64,000 nucleotides of DNA from Vicugna vicugna (lineage: Eukaryota): assembly GCA_013265495.1 (NCBI GenBank), contig MU057880.1:1-64000 (forward strand), in the 5' to 3' direction. How positions within the stretch are numbered: position 1 is the stretch's first letter; each line of letters begins with the position of its first letter. The translations under genes were made by a program, and so were the position numbers. Positions 11,866 through 24,353 of this stretch are shown here, piece after piece. Under the pieces are notes generated by a model. The model had not been told where the DNA came from. It searched no databases and worked only from the letters and a program-made list of their open reading frames with translations.

Positions 11866-13061
11866 AAAATAAGTTTATAAAAATTTCTTTAACTTGAAAC
11901 ATCCCCATCTGCAATCACTGCATTTATGCATATCAACTCCAAAAGATAAACAAATTGAGTGAAGATTAAAATATGAGAACTATGGATTGATTGATGGGTT
12001 AATCTATTTGTGCTTGACTTAGAGTAGGAGAAAAACATGGATGTAAAAGAAAAGTCCTCTCATTCTTTCTCCCACCTTGGCAAAACTGGTGTGACAGAAG
12101 AGAAAAAAGAAAGACTTGTGGGCATGGCATGAATTTTGGCTTTATGAAAAGAGGTCGATTAGTCTATAGATATTATGTCAGAAATAGCTGTGTAGGTGTA
12201 TTCAAGGGAACTGAACTATGTTCACATAAAAAGAAATGGGGAATGGTGTTTTTCTAAATGTGAAGCCATGCAGAACCTTGCTCTGCAGTATCAGGAAATC
12301 TGCAAGGGGAGCGCTGAGATCAATGTCATTATCCATAAGGCATTACTGAAATAGATTTTAAATCCTTTGATGTAATTGCTTGCTGAGTTTGCCATTACAG
12401 CAGCTCTATCCTTTTGACTGATTGAGGGCCTTTAACAGCTCAAAATTTTACTGAGACTGCCAACATATTCATGTTGGAATCAGAAAGTTAGACAGATGTT
12501 TGATGTTTAATTTAACTAATATGGTGCACCATGAGTCAACAAAACACACTTTGTGTTAATGCCAAGAAAAAAAAAAGGTGAGAGACAGAAATGCATGCAG
12601 AGTTAATCTTTCTGTTTCAGCAAGATTGGTTCTTAGACTTATTAACATGAATTCTGATTTAAAAACCCTGTGGCATTTTTCCTGCCCCTTGAGAAGAGCA
12701 GTTTCTTGATCCCACCAGAGCATTTAGAACCAGATCTCAATGAATAAATTAACAATGCATAAAATCACCAAGTGAAGTGTAAGGAGCAGTGACGTGAATT
12801 GTTTTTGTTTTTGTTTTTCTTACAGACAGTCCCTATTCTCCATGGTTCTTTGGATAATTTTTATTCTGTATGACACACCTTTCTTTTTCCACCACTACCT
12901 AAGACAAATAGACAACAATGCACCATACTCACTTATCTTCAGATTTACCCTCCTCCTGAAGAAAGACAGATTTGACCAAAAGCAAAGAATTCTATTCATG
13001 ATATTTCAGCATTGATTGTGTCTAATATAAAAAATACATATATTTAACACCACCTAATAGT

Positions 13062-13142
13062 GTATATATATATATGAAAATATATATATAAAATATATAT
13101 TATATATAATAGTGTGCATGTGTATATATATATATATATAAA
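13062..13142. repeat. (TA)n-rich simple repeat
   Basis: Direct. Confidence 0.85.
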
Positions 13143-13439
13143 ATAATGCCTATTTCGAATACTTCTCAAAAAACATAGTGACTATACATTCTGTTCAAGA
13201 TATAGTGGCTAACACAGTTAACTTCTCCAATTAATATCATTTCCATAATATCATTTTGAGGGAAAAAGCTGGAGATTATTTTTTCAAAGTGGTTTCACTA
13301 AAGCATCTATTTTAATGTCGTTGGCCTCTTTGTCTTAAGTTTAATAGTTAATAGTAATAATAGAACAGTGGTTATAGTGGTGATGATGGTAGTTGTGGTT
13401 AAACAGTTAGAAGAAGAAGAAGAAGAAATTTGGAGCCAT

Positions 13440-13660
13440 GATAATGGTCAACATATAACAGAGTCTTGTGCTATCACTTTCTGTGTCCTTTTGCTAATAT
13501 TATATTTTTGCTTCCATGACATACGTAGAGGGGTTATCGCTATTTGCATTTTATAAACACGGAAAGTGAGGCCTGGAAAATGGTGGTGATATTCCTGAAT
13601 ACCATTTGACTAGGAAGCTATTTAAATCAAGGTCATCTGACTCCAAATCCAGTCATGTGC
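13440..13660 (-). mobile_element. MIR SINE remnant
   Basis: MIR core-like 'cattttataaacacggaaagtgaggcctgga...tttaaatcaaggtcatctgactccaaatcc'. Confidence 0.65.
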
Positions 13661-13989
13661 ATGCTAGAGTTATGAGTTCTCACTGATCAGAAATAACAAT
13701 TAACCGTTCCTAATGACACATTGATTCTATCAAGAGCATTTTCATGCCAGTATCAATAAGCTGGTTGTACTAGTTTAAACTTATCTGCTTACTTTTTATA
13801 GCTTTGTTTCCCATTCTTAGTATTCAACATGTTTAGACTGGCTGGTGTATACACTCATTCATTCATTCAAACCTGTAAGTAAAGCACATAGTACTTGAGA
13901 CTAAATTAATAAGGTTTCTTCCTTATTCGTGTAAGTAACCCTGACTCATTCTTCCCATCTCAGTCTATTTCATGTCCATGGCATCCCTA

Positions 13990-14575
13990 CCTGTAGTCCA
14001 GGGCCCCCAACCCAACTTTTAGGTCAGTGTTTCTCTAGAAGAACTCAGAACTCAGAAAAGCTGTTGTGCTCAGGGTTATGGTTTACTACTGGGAAAGAAC
14101 AAAGATTAAAATCAGCAAAGACAAAAGGCAGACAGGGCAGAGTCTAGAAAATCCCAGTCACAGTTTCTGGGTATCTTTTCCCAGGGGAGTCTCATGGACA
14201 GCACTCAATTCTCCCGGCAACAGTGTGTGAAAACACGCAGGCAATGTCAGTCAGAAAAGCGCTCAAGAGACTTTGTGTCTAGGGATTTTACTGGGTATGG
14301 GTCATGTATGCTTGGAAAGCCCCCATGACTGATCTTAGTTTCTCAGTCTTAAGCTCCTCCAGTGGACAAATTAGTACCATGTGGCCCAAATCCCCCAACA
14401 TAAATCACATTGCTAGCATAAACTCTCCAGCATGGTCCAAAGACCCAGGTAAACAAAAAACACTCTTATCAGGCAGGAAATTCCAGGAGCTTAAAAGTCA
14501 TCTCCCAAAAGGGTCAAAACATTTTCTGGAATGTGCAAGGTTTGAGTAACTCAGACCTACTAAGGTAATCCCTAC
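13990..14575 (-). mobile_element. MER21-like LTR
   Basis: 'ctagaagaactcagaactcagaaaagctgttgtgctcagggttatggtttacta...agattaaaatcagcaaag' is characteristic of the MER21 group. Confidence 0.7.
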
Positions 14576-15204
14576 CCTAAATTAGCATCCTTATTCAATC
14601 ATTTTTTTCAAGATCTCTCTTTTCAAGATCACTCTAATTACAAATGCCACATTGTCAGAGATTATAAACAATTTTCCATCTTTGTATGACAGAAGTGTGT
14701 AGAAGTTTCAAGTACTGGCAAATGAGTAATTGAAGAGACAGAAAATAAAAAATAATTTGAACAGGGTCAGGGAAATATAGAATGGGGTCATTTTAGTTTA
14801 AGTGACTTTTTGTTGGGATAATAAGCATTTTTATTTTTGAATCTAGCATCTCCTAACTCCTTTACATTTCTCTAAGTTCTGCTTGAATCCTGAATATTTC
14901 CCTTCTGATCATTTCTCTATACACATATCCTATCAGGCATGGCTAAAAGTAACCATTTGACATTTTTAACCCTCTGCCTGAGCATCTCCTTAGACAAATC
15001 TACCATTTTAATAGGTATATTTTATGTTTTCAATATTACAACTGTTTTGCAAAAACTTTCAGCCACTACATAATATGCAGTTACAAAACCTCACTATTTT
15101 CCATCGTTCGTTAAGAGTTTCCTTGAGATACAACTTCTACTCTCTTCCTAATCCCAAACAAAGACAAATGTTACAGTTTTTGTTACAGCAGTGCTTAAAC
15201 TTTG

Positions 15205-16110
15205 GGTGCTAATTTCCGCTTGGATTCGCTTTTGCAGCATTACAGGCCAGCCCAAGATTTAGTGGCCTAAAATGACACTATATTATCCCTCAGGGTTCTG
15301 TGAGTTGACTGCAGTTGGTTGAGTGGTTCAAACTCGGAATTTCTTATGAGGTTTTAGTAAGACAGCAGATGGAACCTCAGTCATGCAAAGTGTGACTGGC
15401 TCAGTGCCTAAGATTGCTCACTCACGACTGAGTAAGCTAAGTAGTGCTGGCTAGGAGACGGAAGGTCATTTAGGGCTGAGTCATGGACTGAATGTTTGCG
15501 TCTCTTAAAATTCATATGTAGAAGCCCCAACTCCTAATTTGATGGTGTTTGGAAATGGGGCCTTTGGGAAGTAATTACAGTTAGATGAGTTCATAAAGGT
15601 GGGGCCCTGATCTGGTCCCTCATAAGAAGAGACACCAGAGAGCTTTCTCTCTCTCCACCTTGTGAGAACACAGGGAGAAGAAGGTTATTTGCAAGCCTGG
15701 AAGAAGGCTTTTGCCAGATCCTGACGGTGCTGCACCATGAACTTGCACTTCTAGCTTCCAGAGCAGTGAGAAAATACAGTTTTTTTTTTGTTCAAACCAC
15801 CCAGTATATGGTATTTTGTTACGACAGCCTGGATGGACTAATAACAGGCTGCCACCTGGAACATCTATGCAGGGACCATCCATGAACTTGGACTCTTGGG
15901 CTCCTCATAGCGTGGCTTCTGAGCTCCCCGAGGGAGCATCCCAAGAGCAGTTGTCCCAGGAGGCTCAGGGAGAAACTAGAAGGCTTCTAGTGACCTAGTC
16001 ACAGAAGTCCTGTCCCAGGTTCATGAGTGGAAGTGGCAAATCGACCCCACCTGTTGATGCGAGGAGACATATGTGCTTAGAGAAAAGAAATTGTTAGCAG
16101 CCATCTTGGA
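15205..16110 (-). mobile_element. Old MaLR (MLT1-type) LTR interrupted by a second MLT1
   Basis: 'cccaagatttagtggcctaaaatgaca' on the left; 'aggcttctagtgacctagtcacagaagtc...gcagccatcttggaaac' on the right. Confidence 0.65.
15478..15846 (+). mobile_element. MLT1A/B-like MaLR LTR nested in the older MLT1
   Basis: 'tggactgaatgtttgcgtc...aaattcatatgtagaagcc...ccacccagtatatggtattttgttacgacagcc...actaataaca'. Confidence 0.8.
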
Positions 16111-16648
16111 AACCATTGACCACGCTTGGCACTTGAGATGTGTGAATTTATTCTTCTTCCTTCTCTGGTCCTCAGGGATCGAATTCAGATGAATCTGGGT
16201 CACTTTGTGATCAGGTCCATGAGGTCCATGCAGTGGTGTCCTTGTGAGATCAGGCAATGGTAAATCTTGATTGAGAGTAAACAATCAGGCACAGCAGACT
16301 TTTCTTTTGGATAATGAACCCAAGAACAATTTTTTTTAAATTAAGTGTCACAGTCATTATCTAGTTAAGTTTTAAGGCATTCAGTGTCATAATGTTATCT
16401 GTGGACTTTATTTCCCTTTGTGGTTTAAAAATGTCAGGGGGCCAGAGGATGTGTCAGTGCCTTCTCATGCTATAATTTTATTTTTATCCTAGAGCACTCA
16501 TCTGTAAATAACTAATTCTAAAAATAAGAGCTAAGAAGAAAGAAAGAAAAAAAAAACCCTAAACTGACCAACCAACAAACAAAAACCTTCTATTTTGAAA
16601 AAATGTTCCCTTATACCATTTAATTGTTATTCTAAATCGTAAATTCAA

Positions 16649-17062
16649 CCATTAAAAGAGTGACACAGTAACTGAGGAAAGATTAGCCGGTTAGAACCAA
16701 GATGGCAGAAGATTTGACTTCCAGTAGACATTGAACCTCATGGCACACCTGCAGGCACCATGACAGTTCCCACACTGACCATAAAAGGTCAGAAACTGGG
16801 TGTGGCCCAATTCCTGGAAATCCCCACCCCTTCCCCAAAATAGTTGGAATAATCTTCCTACTCATTAGCATATGATATTACTCAGCCCCTAAAAACCAAC
16901 CACCGCCACACCTCCTGGCTACTCTCCCTTCTGGGTGAGATGGACTGCATTCTGTCTATGGAACGTGTACCTCCTAGGGCCACCTCTCCTGCCTTCTGAG
17001 ATTGCCCACATTCTGTCTATGAGGTGTGCACCTCCCTGAATAAATACACTTTCACTTTCAAA
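16649..17062 (+). mobile_element. ERV1 LTR U3-R segment, probably L1-retroposed (processed ERV RNA 3' end)
   Basis: LTR-like sequence ends about 15 nt after AATAAA (17039-17044) in a short A run, with no U5 or terminal CA. A 15-bp direct repeat AAATCGTAAA(T/A)TCAA flanks it at 16634-16648 and 17063-17077. Confidence 0.75.
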
Positions 17063-17714
17063 AAATCGTAAAATCAAATATAAATTGCATTTCCATTCAT
17101 AATTTTTAAGAAAAGGATTAAGCTACAGATCTCTCTCATTATTAGTGGGATTATAGAAGGCCAAACTGAATTTTATTTGCTGAAGGAAGCATTCTTATCT
17201 AGGGGATGCTCACTTGTGTAGGATATTTTACGGTAAATGAAGCAAGAATCTGTGGATAATGGTTCCCTGGAAAATGCTCTGTGTGCACTGTAACTATCTG
17301 AGCACAGGATGCAGATGTTTCTTGATTGAAATGGCTCTTTCCTGTGTAAACAGTGTACCATGTACATCACTTAAAGACATCACATGTTACTCTAAGCCAG
17401 AACATGTCCTTAAGGAGAGACAGGAACTATAAATCTGTATCGACAGCCACGGATCTCGCCCTTCTCAGCTGTGCCTCATAATTACAAAGCACTTTTATCA
17501 GCGTATTTTTTATGGACTTCTGACCCCTCCTGATGGGTCAGAGAATCTATCTTGATTAATTGACCCCAAGAGTAGAACTTTGGAAACAAGTTCATTTTTA
17601 GAGGAATCGTGTTCTTTAAAGTAAGCAATTAAGTATTATTTTATTTAGGCTAACAAGTGTTTTATTTTTAACGTCTAAACTAATTATTCCCAGCATAGTT
17701 TTAAATGATGGTCT

Positions 17715-17950
17715 TGTGCAGTGGGTAACAGCTGCCTTATGGAATTAGAATTTGAATCTCTCCCAAGTCACTTGCACTCTGCATGAACCAGAGAATTAAC
17801 CTTTAGCCATGTTTTCTCATCTCTAAAATGAGCATTCTGAGGGCACGTTGCGCACAGGGTTTTATTGGATCTTAAATGCGAGCTTATATATAAAGCATGT
17901 AGCATGTTGCTTAGTACATGATAAATATTGGTTACATGTTAGTTATTGTT
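17715..17950 (+). mobile_element. MIR remnant
   Basis: 'gttttctcatctctaaaatgag...tataaagcatgtagcatgttgcttagtacatgataaata'. Confidence 0.7.
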
Positions 17951-18115
17951 CATCTCTAGCATATTAATAACCAAGGAAATTTCAAAAACGTATTATTAAA
18001 ATATCTTCCAATATATAAATATGAGCTGTAAGAGCTGGATTCACTATTGTCCATTTGTTGGAATATTTGTCAAAGGCCCCCCCTATGAGCTGGTCAATTT
18101 TTGTTACTTACTGAA

Positions 18116-18135
18116 TGTGTGTGTGTGTGTGTGTG
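18116..18135. repeat. (TG)n microsatellite
   Basis: Direct. Confidence 0.9.
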
Positions 18136-18584
18136 TCAAAGAGAGAAAGATCGTGTCTCCGATGCAGAGAATTTTAGCAAAGCCATTTTCATCAAACATA
18201 GAGCTTTTGATATGAAACATACAATATATCCCACCGTAGAGTGTTAAGGCTTTCCGATCTTCCTGACACAGGAAAGAACTGATTGTTGGCATCTGCATTA
18301 TAGTCACAGCCAAGTTTATGACTGCTTGAAACTTATTTCATTGAAATGAGGATTTAAGATCAAATGATTTGCCACAATTAGGGGTAAACAAATTTTCCAG
18401 GGTAGTTCTTTTATGACTAAATTATTTTCTCTAGAGTAAGAAATGTGCTGACTGAAAGTAAAAGCCTCATTTTTAAATTTCACTATCCGGAGGGTGTTGT
18501 ATCTGTACTAGTAAATATTTTACTGTCATTCAAAAGTAATTGAAGGGACTTTTTTCCTAAATACAAAAATATGTATTTTAAAAA

Positions 18585-18770
18585 GTCTTACGACAAGTTT
18601 ATACTGTACAGCACAGGGAACTATGTTCAATACCTTGTAGTAACTTATAGTTAAAAAGAATGTGAAAATGAATATATGCATGTTCCTATGTGACTGAAGC
18701 ACTGTGCTGCACACCAGAAATTGACACACTGTAAACTGACTATACTTCAATAAAAATACATTAAAAAAAA
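18585..18770 (+). mobile_element. Young 5'-truncated L1 3' end (camelid-type)
   Basis: 'actgtacagcacagggaactatgttcaatac...ccagaaattgacacactgtaaactgactatacttcaataaaaa' followed by an A tail. Confidence 0.9.
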
Positions 18771-19049
18771 TCTTATGCCAGATGCTTTTTGTATTACAGC
18801 CAGCCTCCCTTTCACATTTGCATTCATTGAAATTTAAATTTTTTAAATTATTAAAGTAATTAATATTAGGTATAAATCATTTACTTCCACAGACATGATT
18901 AAAACCATGTCATACAGTTTTCAGTATTTTTCTCTTTCCCTCTTAATTTATTTATAATGGCACTTTGTGTTTGCTTTTATTTTTCCCTGCTCTGAATTGA
19001 GCAGAAGAAACAGTTCTTCTGTTTCTGGACAATAAGGTAATTGCACTCA

Positions 19050-19980
19050 CAGAGACTGGACAGTAGCAAATACTGGGAATGCTGTTATGCAATAAATTCC
19101 TAACTGGTCTCTCTGCTTCCATTCTTGGCTCTTCAATCAATTTTCAACACAATAGTCAGAGTAATCTTATAAAAACAAAAGTGAGGTCTTGTCACTAATA
19201 TGACCCATCCAAATAACTTTTCATCTCAAAGTAGGAGACAAAGTTATCACCATGGCCTAAGGCTGCCACCCACCTCCTGCTCCATGACTTTTCTGTTTTC
19301 ATCTCCTACTGTTGTTTCCCAAACTCACTCCACTCCAGCTACACTGGCTTCTTTTTCATTTAATTCACCAGGTACACTCTCACATCACTGCCTTTGCACC
19401 TGCTGGTCCCTCTGCCTGAAATGTTTTCTTTCCTTCACTCATTCAATTTCTCATATAAGTACCTTTATCACTTTTTTTATGTGATAAGCACTGTCTAGGA
19501 ACTAGGAATACAACAGTGAACAAAACATCAAAAAAAATTAGTCTTCATGGAGCTTATAGTTAATGAGGTCAGTGAAAAAGAAAAATACATATATTTAGAG
19601 AATTGTAAATACTAAGGAGAAAAAATAAAGAAGGAATGGAAAGCAGAAAATACAGGGAGTGAGAAGGACATGGAGAAATGTGAGACAGTGATCAACTTCT
19701 ACAAGTGACATAAATGTTACAATTTCAGTGACACCTTCTACATTATTTAATATTGCAAAACTGCCTCCCTGACAAAAACTTTCAATCCCTGAATTTTTTT
19801 TCTCTATAGCAACATATTTTAGTTATTTATTTTGTCCATTTTCTGACTCTAGTTACTAAAATGTAACCTCTGCTTGGAGGGATTTTTGACTCTTTTATTC
19901 ACCTTTGTATAACTACAGTCCAGAGCCATGAATAGCACATGGTGGGTATTCAATAGATCCTTGTGAATAGATGAAGGTCC
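19050..19980. mobile_element. L2 fragments (mixed orientation)
   Basis: 'taactggtctctctgcttcc', 'cactccagctacactggcttc', 'cacctgctggtccctctgcctgaaatg', 'gcactgtctaggaactaggaatacaacagtgaacaa'. Confidence 0.7.
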
Positions 19981-20899
19981 AGAGTAAGGAAATATTATGA
20001 TAGCAGATGAGGAGCAGAATGGCTACATTAGACCACCTAGGCCAACAGGGTTGAGGACAGTAAGTGAAAAACAATTAGTAGGAAAAGTTAACACAATGGA
20101 CAATATGGCGCCAAGGCCAGACTATCATGGAGATGGCAAAGCCCACAGACAGCCAGATCCGGACTGCAATAGGGGGATCCATGGCTCACTGGGCATGAAG
20201 TGCCCTCTCTCCCTCTTTTTTTATCCACCGTGCTCTGAAGTTCTTTTTCCCCACTGTATTCCAGGAGTACCCATAGTAAGCAAACACTACAGGGACTTAA
20301 AATATTCAAGAGGTATTTGTACCTTTTCCCTGTGACACACTTGGAACAGGCATAGTGGACACACAGTCCTAACAGTTAAAATGCATGAAGAACAGTATGG
20401 TCTTTCCTGAAGTCTTCCTAGGTCTCATTGCAGAGGCAATGTTCCTGGCCAAGTCACAGAGACACCCACTTCTATTTTAATGTAGTCTGAGTCTTCATAT
20501 GTCTTGAAAGGAAGACATATGTCAAATCAGGGACTAAAACTTAGATTTTTGTGCCTTTTAGGTATTCACTCCTTATTCCACTGGCTCCTTAAAATTTAGT
20601 GAAAATGCTGTACAACCAGGGCATTTCATGTAAGTATCTTAAGACTCTTATAGTTATTCTAATAATTAATTAAAATATTATTGCTTTCCATATGTAAAAT
20701 AATTTAAACATTCTCAAACATATTCAAATTATATTTGTGCAGTAGTGTTCACTCAGGAAAGACTGATTAAGCATTTGAAGTGCTTAAAGAACCAAAATGC
20801 ATTTGGAATTCCCTGAAAACTAAAATAATTTTCAATTTTTTTTTCTCATTTTATAAAAATATACATGAGACGTTGAGGCAAACTACACTGTGCTTCATT

Positions 20900-21440
20900 G
20901 TTGTCAGCTTTGCATCACAACTACTTTTTGTTTGGTCTCCTCTGCACAGCCCAGAGGAGATGCCAGAAACTACATTCCCCAGAGTTTTTTTCTCTGTGTG
21001 GTTCCAGGGTGGAGCCTATCAAAAAGAGAAATGAGATTTGGAAAGAGTAAGAGCAGAAGAAGCCATTATTCTCCAGGGGAAGTTGCTGGCAGATGAATGG
21101 GCAGGCATGATATATGAAACGACTTTCAGCTCAGCTTCTTGAAAATCACGTACATCCAGGTGGCAGCCTGAGATAGTATTTCCTCCTTTCATGCCTCCCA
21201 CCTCTTTCAGTGGTGATGGAAACCTAATTCCTGTATTAAGACTCTTCATACTTGGGGGGAGAGGTACAGCTTAGTGGTAGAGCACATGCTTAGCATGCCT
21301 GAGGTCCTGGGTTCAGTTCCCAAACAAATAAATAAATAAAAATAAATAAACATAATTATTTCCCTACCAAAAATTTTTTTTACAAAAGACCCTTCATACT
21401 TAGACAGTAATTTTTGTCTCCCTGACTGAAACCTAACTAA
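20900..21440 (+). mobile_element. ERVL-class (LTR33/LTR16-like) LTR interrupted by a SINE
   Basis: 'gccagaaactacattccccagag...' and terminal 'tgtctccctgactgaaacctaact'. Confidence 0.6.
21254..21385 (+). mobile_element. tRNA-Ala-derived SINE (camelid Vic-type)
   Basis: A box and B box with 'tagcatgc' anticodon region and an AT-rich tail. A 16-bp TSD AAGAC(T/C)CTTCATACTT lies at 21238-21253 and 21386-21401. Confidence 0.9.
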
Positions 21441-21799
21441 AATAAATTATTCAAATATTTATGTATTTATTAAAGTATTTATGTATTTATTTATCTGTAA
21501 ACCTAAAGGTAATTCTGAGGGAAAAAAAATCTTCTAGCACTAAATCCTATGTTTGCCTGTTATGGTGTTACATACCAATAACAATGTACATAGCAATAAA
21601 ATATTTAATAAAATGCTTTGTTAACAAAAATGTCATTAATTCTTAAGCTCCAGTCAGATACAATGAATTTAAATATATTAAAAATTTACAAATATGAAAT
21701 TAAGAGGCCCATGATTGCACTTTCCCTCCTGCTCTAAATAAGAATAAAACTGGACAAAATACATGTGACAAGTGTTTTTAGGGCCAAGAAAACAAGTAG

Positions 21800-24050
21800 C
21801 CCATAAATGTGATTCTTGAGAGAAAGGAAATTCACAAGATTAGACTTGTTAGAGCTGTTTTTCCGGGCTTTCTGCCAGGGGCACTGTCTACATCCCAAAG
21901 ACGTGGAATTCAAATAAAGCAAGTCAGCTCACTGAGCTAAAAATAATGAGACAGAAGTTAGTGCTCAGACTACGAAGGCGGCTAAAATTCGTGGAGAAGA
22001 GTGTCAATAGAAGGCACGTGTAAGAAGAGGATGCTCAGAGCACTGGAAGGTGTTCCTCACAAGTTTGTGACCAAGACCTGGGCTGTGCAAGCCCTTTGTC
22101 AAGATTTGTTACTATGGGAGGTGATGAATATTAACTAAATTCATTGTGGTGACCATTTCACCATACATACATATAAAATATCATTATGTTGTGCACCTTA
22201 AATTTATACAGTGCTAAATGTCAATTACACCTCAGTAAAACTGAGGGAAAAAATTAAAGATAAAGACTATTTGGCTAGCTAGAACTGATACCAATCACAG
22301 ATGGCAGAAGAGAGATCATGCCCTGCGGGATGCTTAGAAACTTTGCAGTGACTCTCAATCCCAGAAAAGACGATGGGTGCCTAAGGAGAGGAGTAACAAC
22401 CCCATCACCTAAAGTAAGAGCCATACTTTGTGACTGAAGACAAAACTGAAAACAACAACAACAGCAATAACAACAAAACAACACACACACAGAGAAGAAA
22501 AACCAAAAAAGAGGCCAAGACTGACACGGTTAAATAGATCCACCAGTCACTTAACCACTTTCCAGGAAAAAAAATTAAGGAAAGAAAAACACTTAGAGGA
22601 TCACTACTTAATCCAGACTCATTATAATAAGAAGATATTATGGTTATGCATGCATACAGCTAACAATATAGCTTTAAAATATATTTAAAATAGTTTTAGA
22701 ACTATGGAAAAATAACTGAAAGAACAAATATAGTAGATGATTTTGACACTATGTTCGGGAAATGACATATGAGGCACACAAAGAATAAGCAGAAATATAC
22801 AATATTTGGAAGCCATAGTTGATATAAAATTAGCAGGTTGGAAGCAAAAATATGCTGATTATTTTGGTACAAACAACATTTATTTAAAAATTAACTAAAA
22901 GTGGCTTACAAAGGATTCCTTACTAAGCTCCAGAAAGCCAACATTCTATATTCTTTAACTGTAATGCAATAATACTGTCTATTAACAAATGAACAGTAAA
23001 ATCAAAAAACAAAATAAAATTTATTTACTAATCCTAAAACATAATAGTAAGTGACTTATGAATTTAAAATGGCATAAAATAAAATTCTAAAATTTGTGTT
23101 ACTAACAAAAGTCTTTAAGTAACTAAAAATAAACGGAAAGGAAAATGTAAGGATTCTTGCACCCACCTCTACACATTTGTTGTTTTATGAAAATTGTAAA
23201 AAAAAAAAAGTGAACTAAACAAATTCATTATAATTTATACATTAGAATAAATCTCAATAGCTATCTTTTAAAAAATAATGCAGATATAAATTAACACAAT
23301 TAGATACCTAAAGTATATTGAAGATCACTAAAATAAATACAATATGATATTACAGCAAAAACAAAAGTTGAATTCTCAGAAACAGTTCTGTTTATAAGCA
23401 ACCTAATAGATCTTTACAATGCCACATACCCCTCAGTAGAGAAAAGGATGCAATCTTTAGTAAATGATGTTGCGAAATTTTACTAATATTGAAAAATTAA
23501 AGTTGGATTCCTCACATCATAAGGCTGTGAACTCCAGATGTATTATAGCTCTAAATATAAAAGGTAAAATGCTAAAAGCAAAAAAGATAATGTAGGAGAA
23601 TTTTGTTTTATTTGTGACTTGTTGGGGTGGATAAAGCTTTCATGAACACAAAACGAAATGAAAATATTTTTCTGTATATAGCTATGTCAAAATGAAAAGA
23701 TTTCTGATCAGCAACACACGTAGTAGATAAATAAATAGACGACAGACTGAGAATTGATATTTCCTGTATCTGAAATCAATAAGGAATAAACACCTTGTAA
23801 TCAAAGAATGCAAATTAATACAAGAAAGCCTTATGTCTACATGAGTGAATTTGACAGAAATTAGATTTGCACATAATACCAAACTTGCTAGGCTGCAAGG
23901 GGTGGGGGACTTTCATGAACCAATGGGAGTGGAAACTGTGGCAGCCATTTTGAAAGTAACCTCGTAATTTAAAAAAAAAAAAAGAACAAGCAAAAAGCCC
24001 AAAGCCAGAATGAGAACCATGTGTAAATTAAAGTGCAATGTCACAGTATC
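21800..24050 (+). mobile_element. Highly degraded old L1 fragments (5' region and ORF2), including a short L1 3' end at ~22112-22255
   Basis: A-rich plus strand with ORF2-like remnants ('aagttggattcctcacatcat', 'aagataatgtaggagaat'); 3' end 'aatgtcaattacacctcagtaaaactg'. Confidence 0.6.
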
Positions 24051-24074
24051 ATTTGTGCCAATGAAAATACGATG

Positions 24075-24256
24075 AGATAAACAATAGGTTTCTACTGTAT
24101 AGCATAGGGAACTATATTCAATATTTTGTAGTAACCTATAATGAAAAAGAATATGAATACATATCTATGTATGTACGTGTGTGACTGAAGCACTGTGCTG
24201 TACACCAGAAATTGACACAGCATTGTAAACTGACTATACTTCAATAAAAAAATAAA
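24075..24256 (+). mobile_element. Young L1 3' end
   Basis: Same family as 18585-18770; ends '...aactgactatacttcaataaaaaaa'. Confidence 0.9.
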
Positions 24257-24320
24257 ATGCCATGAAACAACACAAGCATTACTGTGCATTTTATAAGATC
24301 ACATGCATGCACAGACACAT

Positions 24321-24321
<1 letters not shown>

Positions 24322-24351
<30 letters not shown>
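24322..24351. repeat. (CA)n microsatellite
   Basis: Direct. Confidence 0.95.
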
Positions 24352-24353
<2 letters not shown>

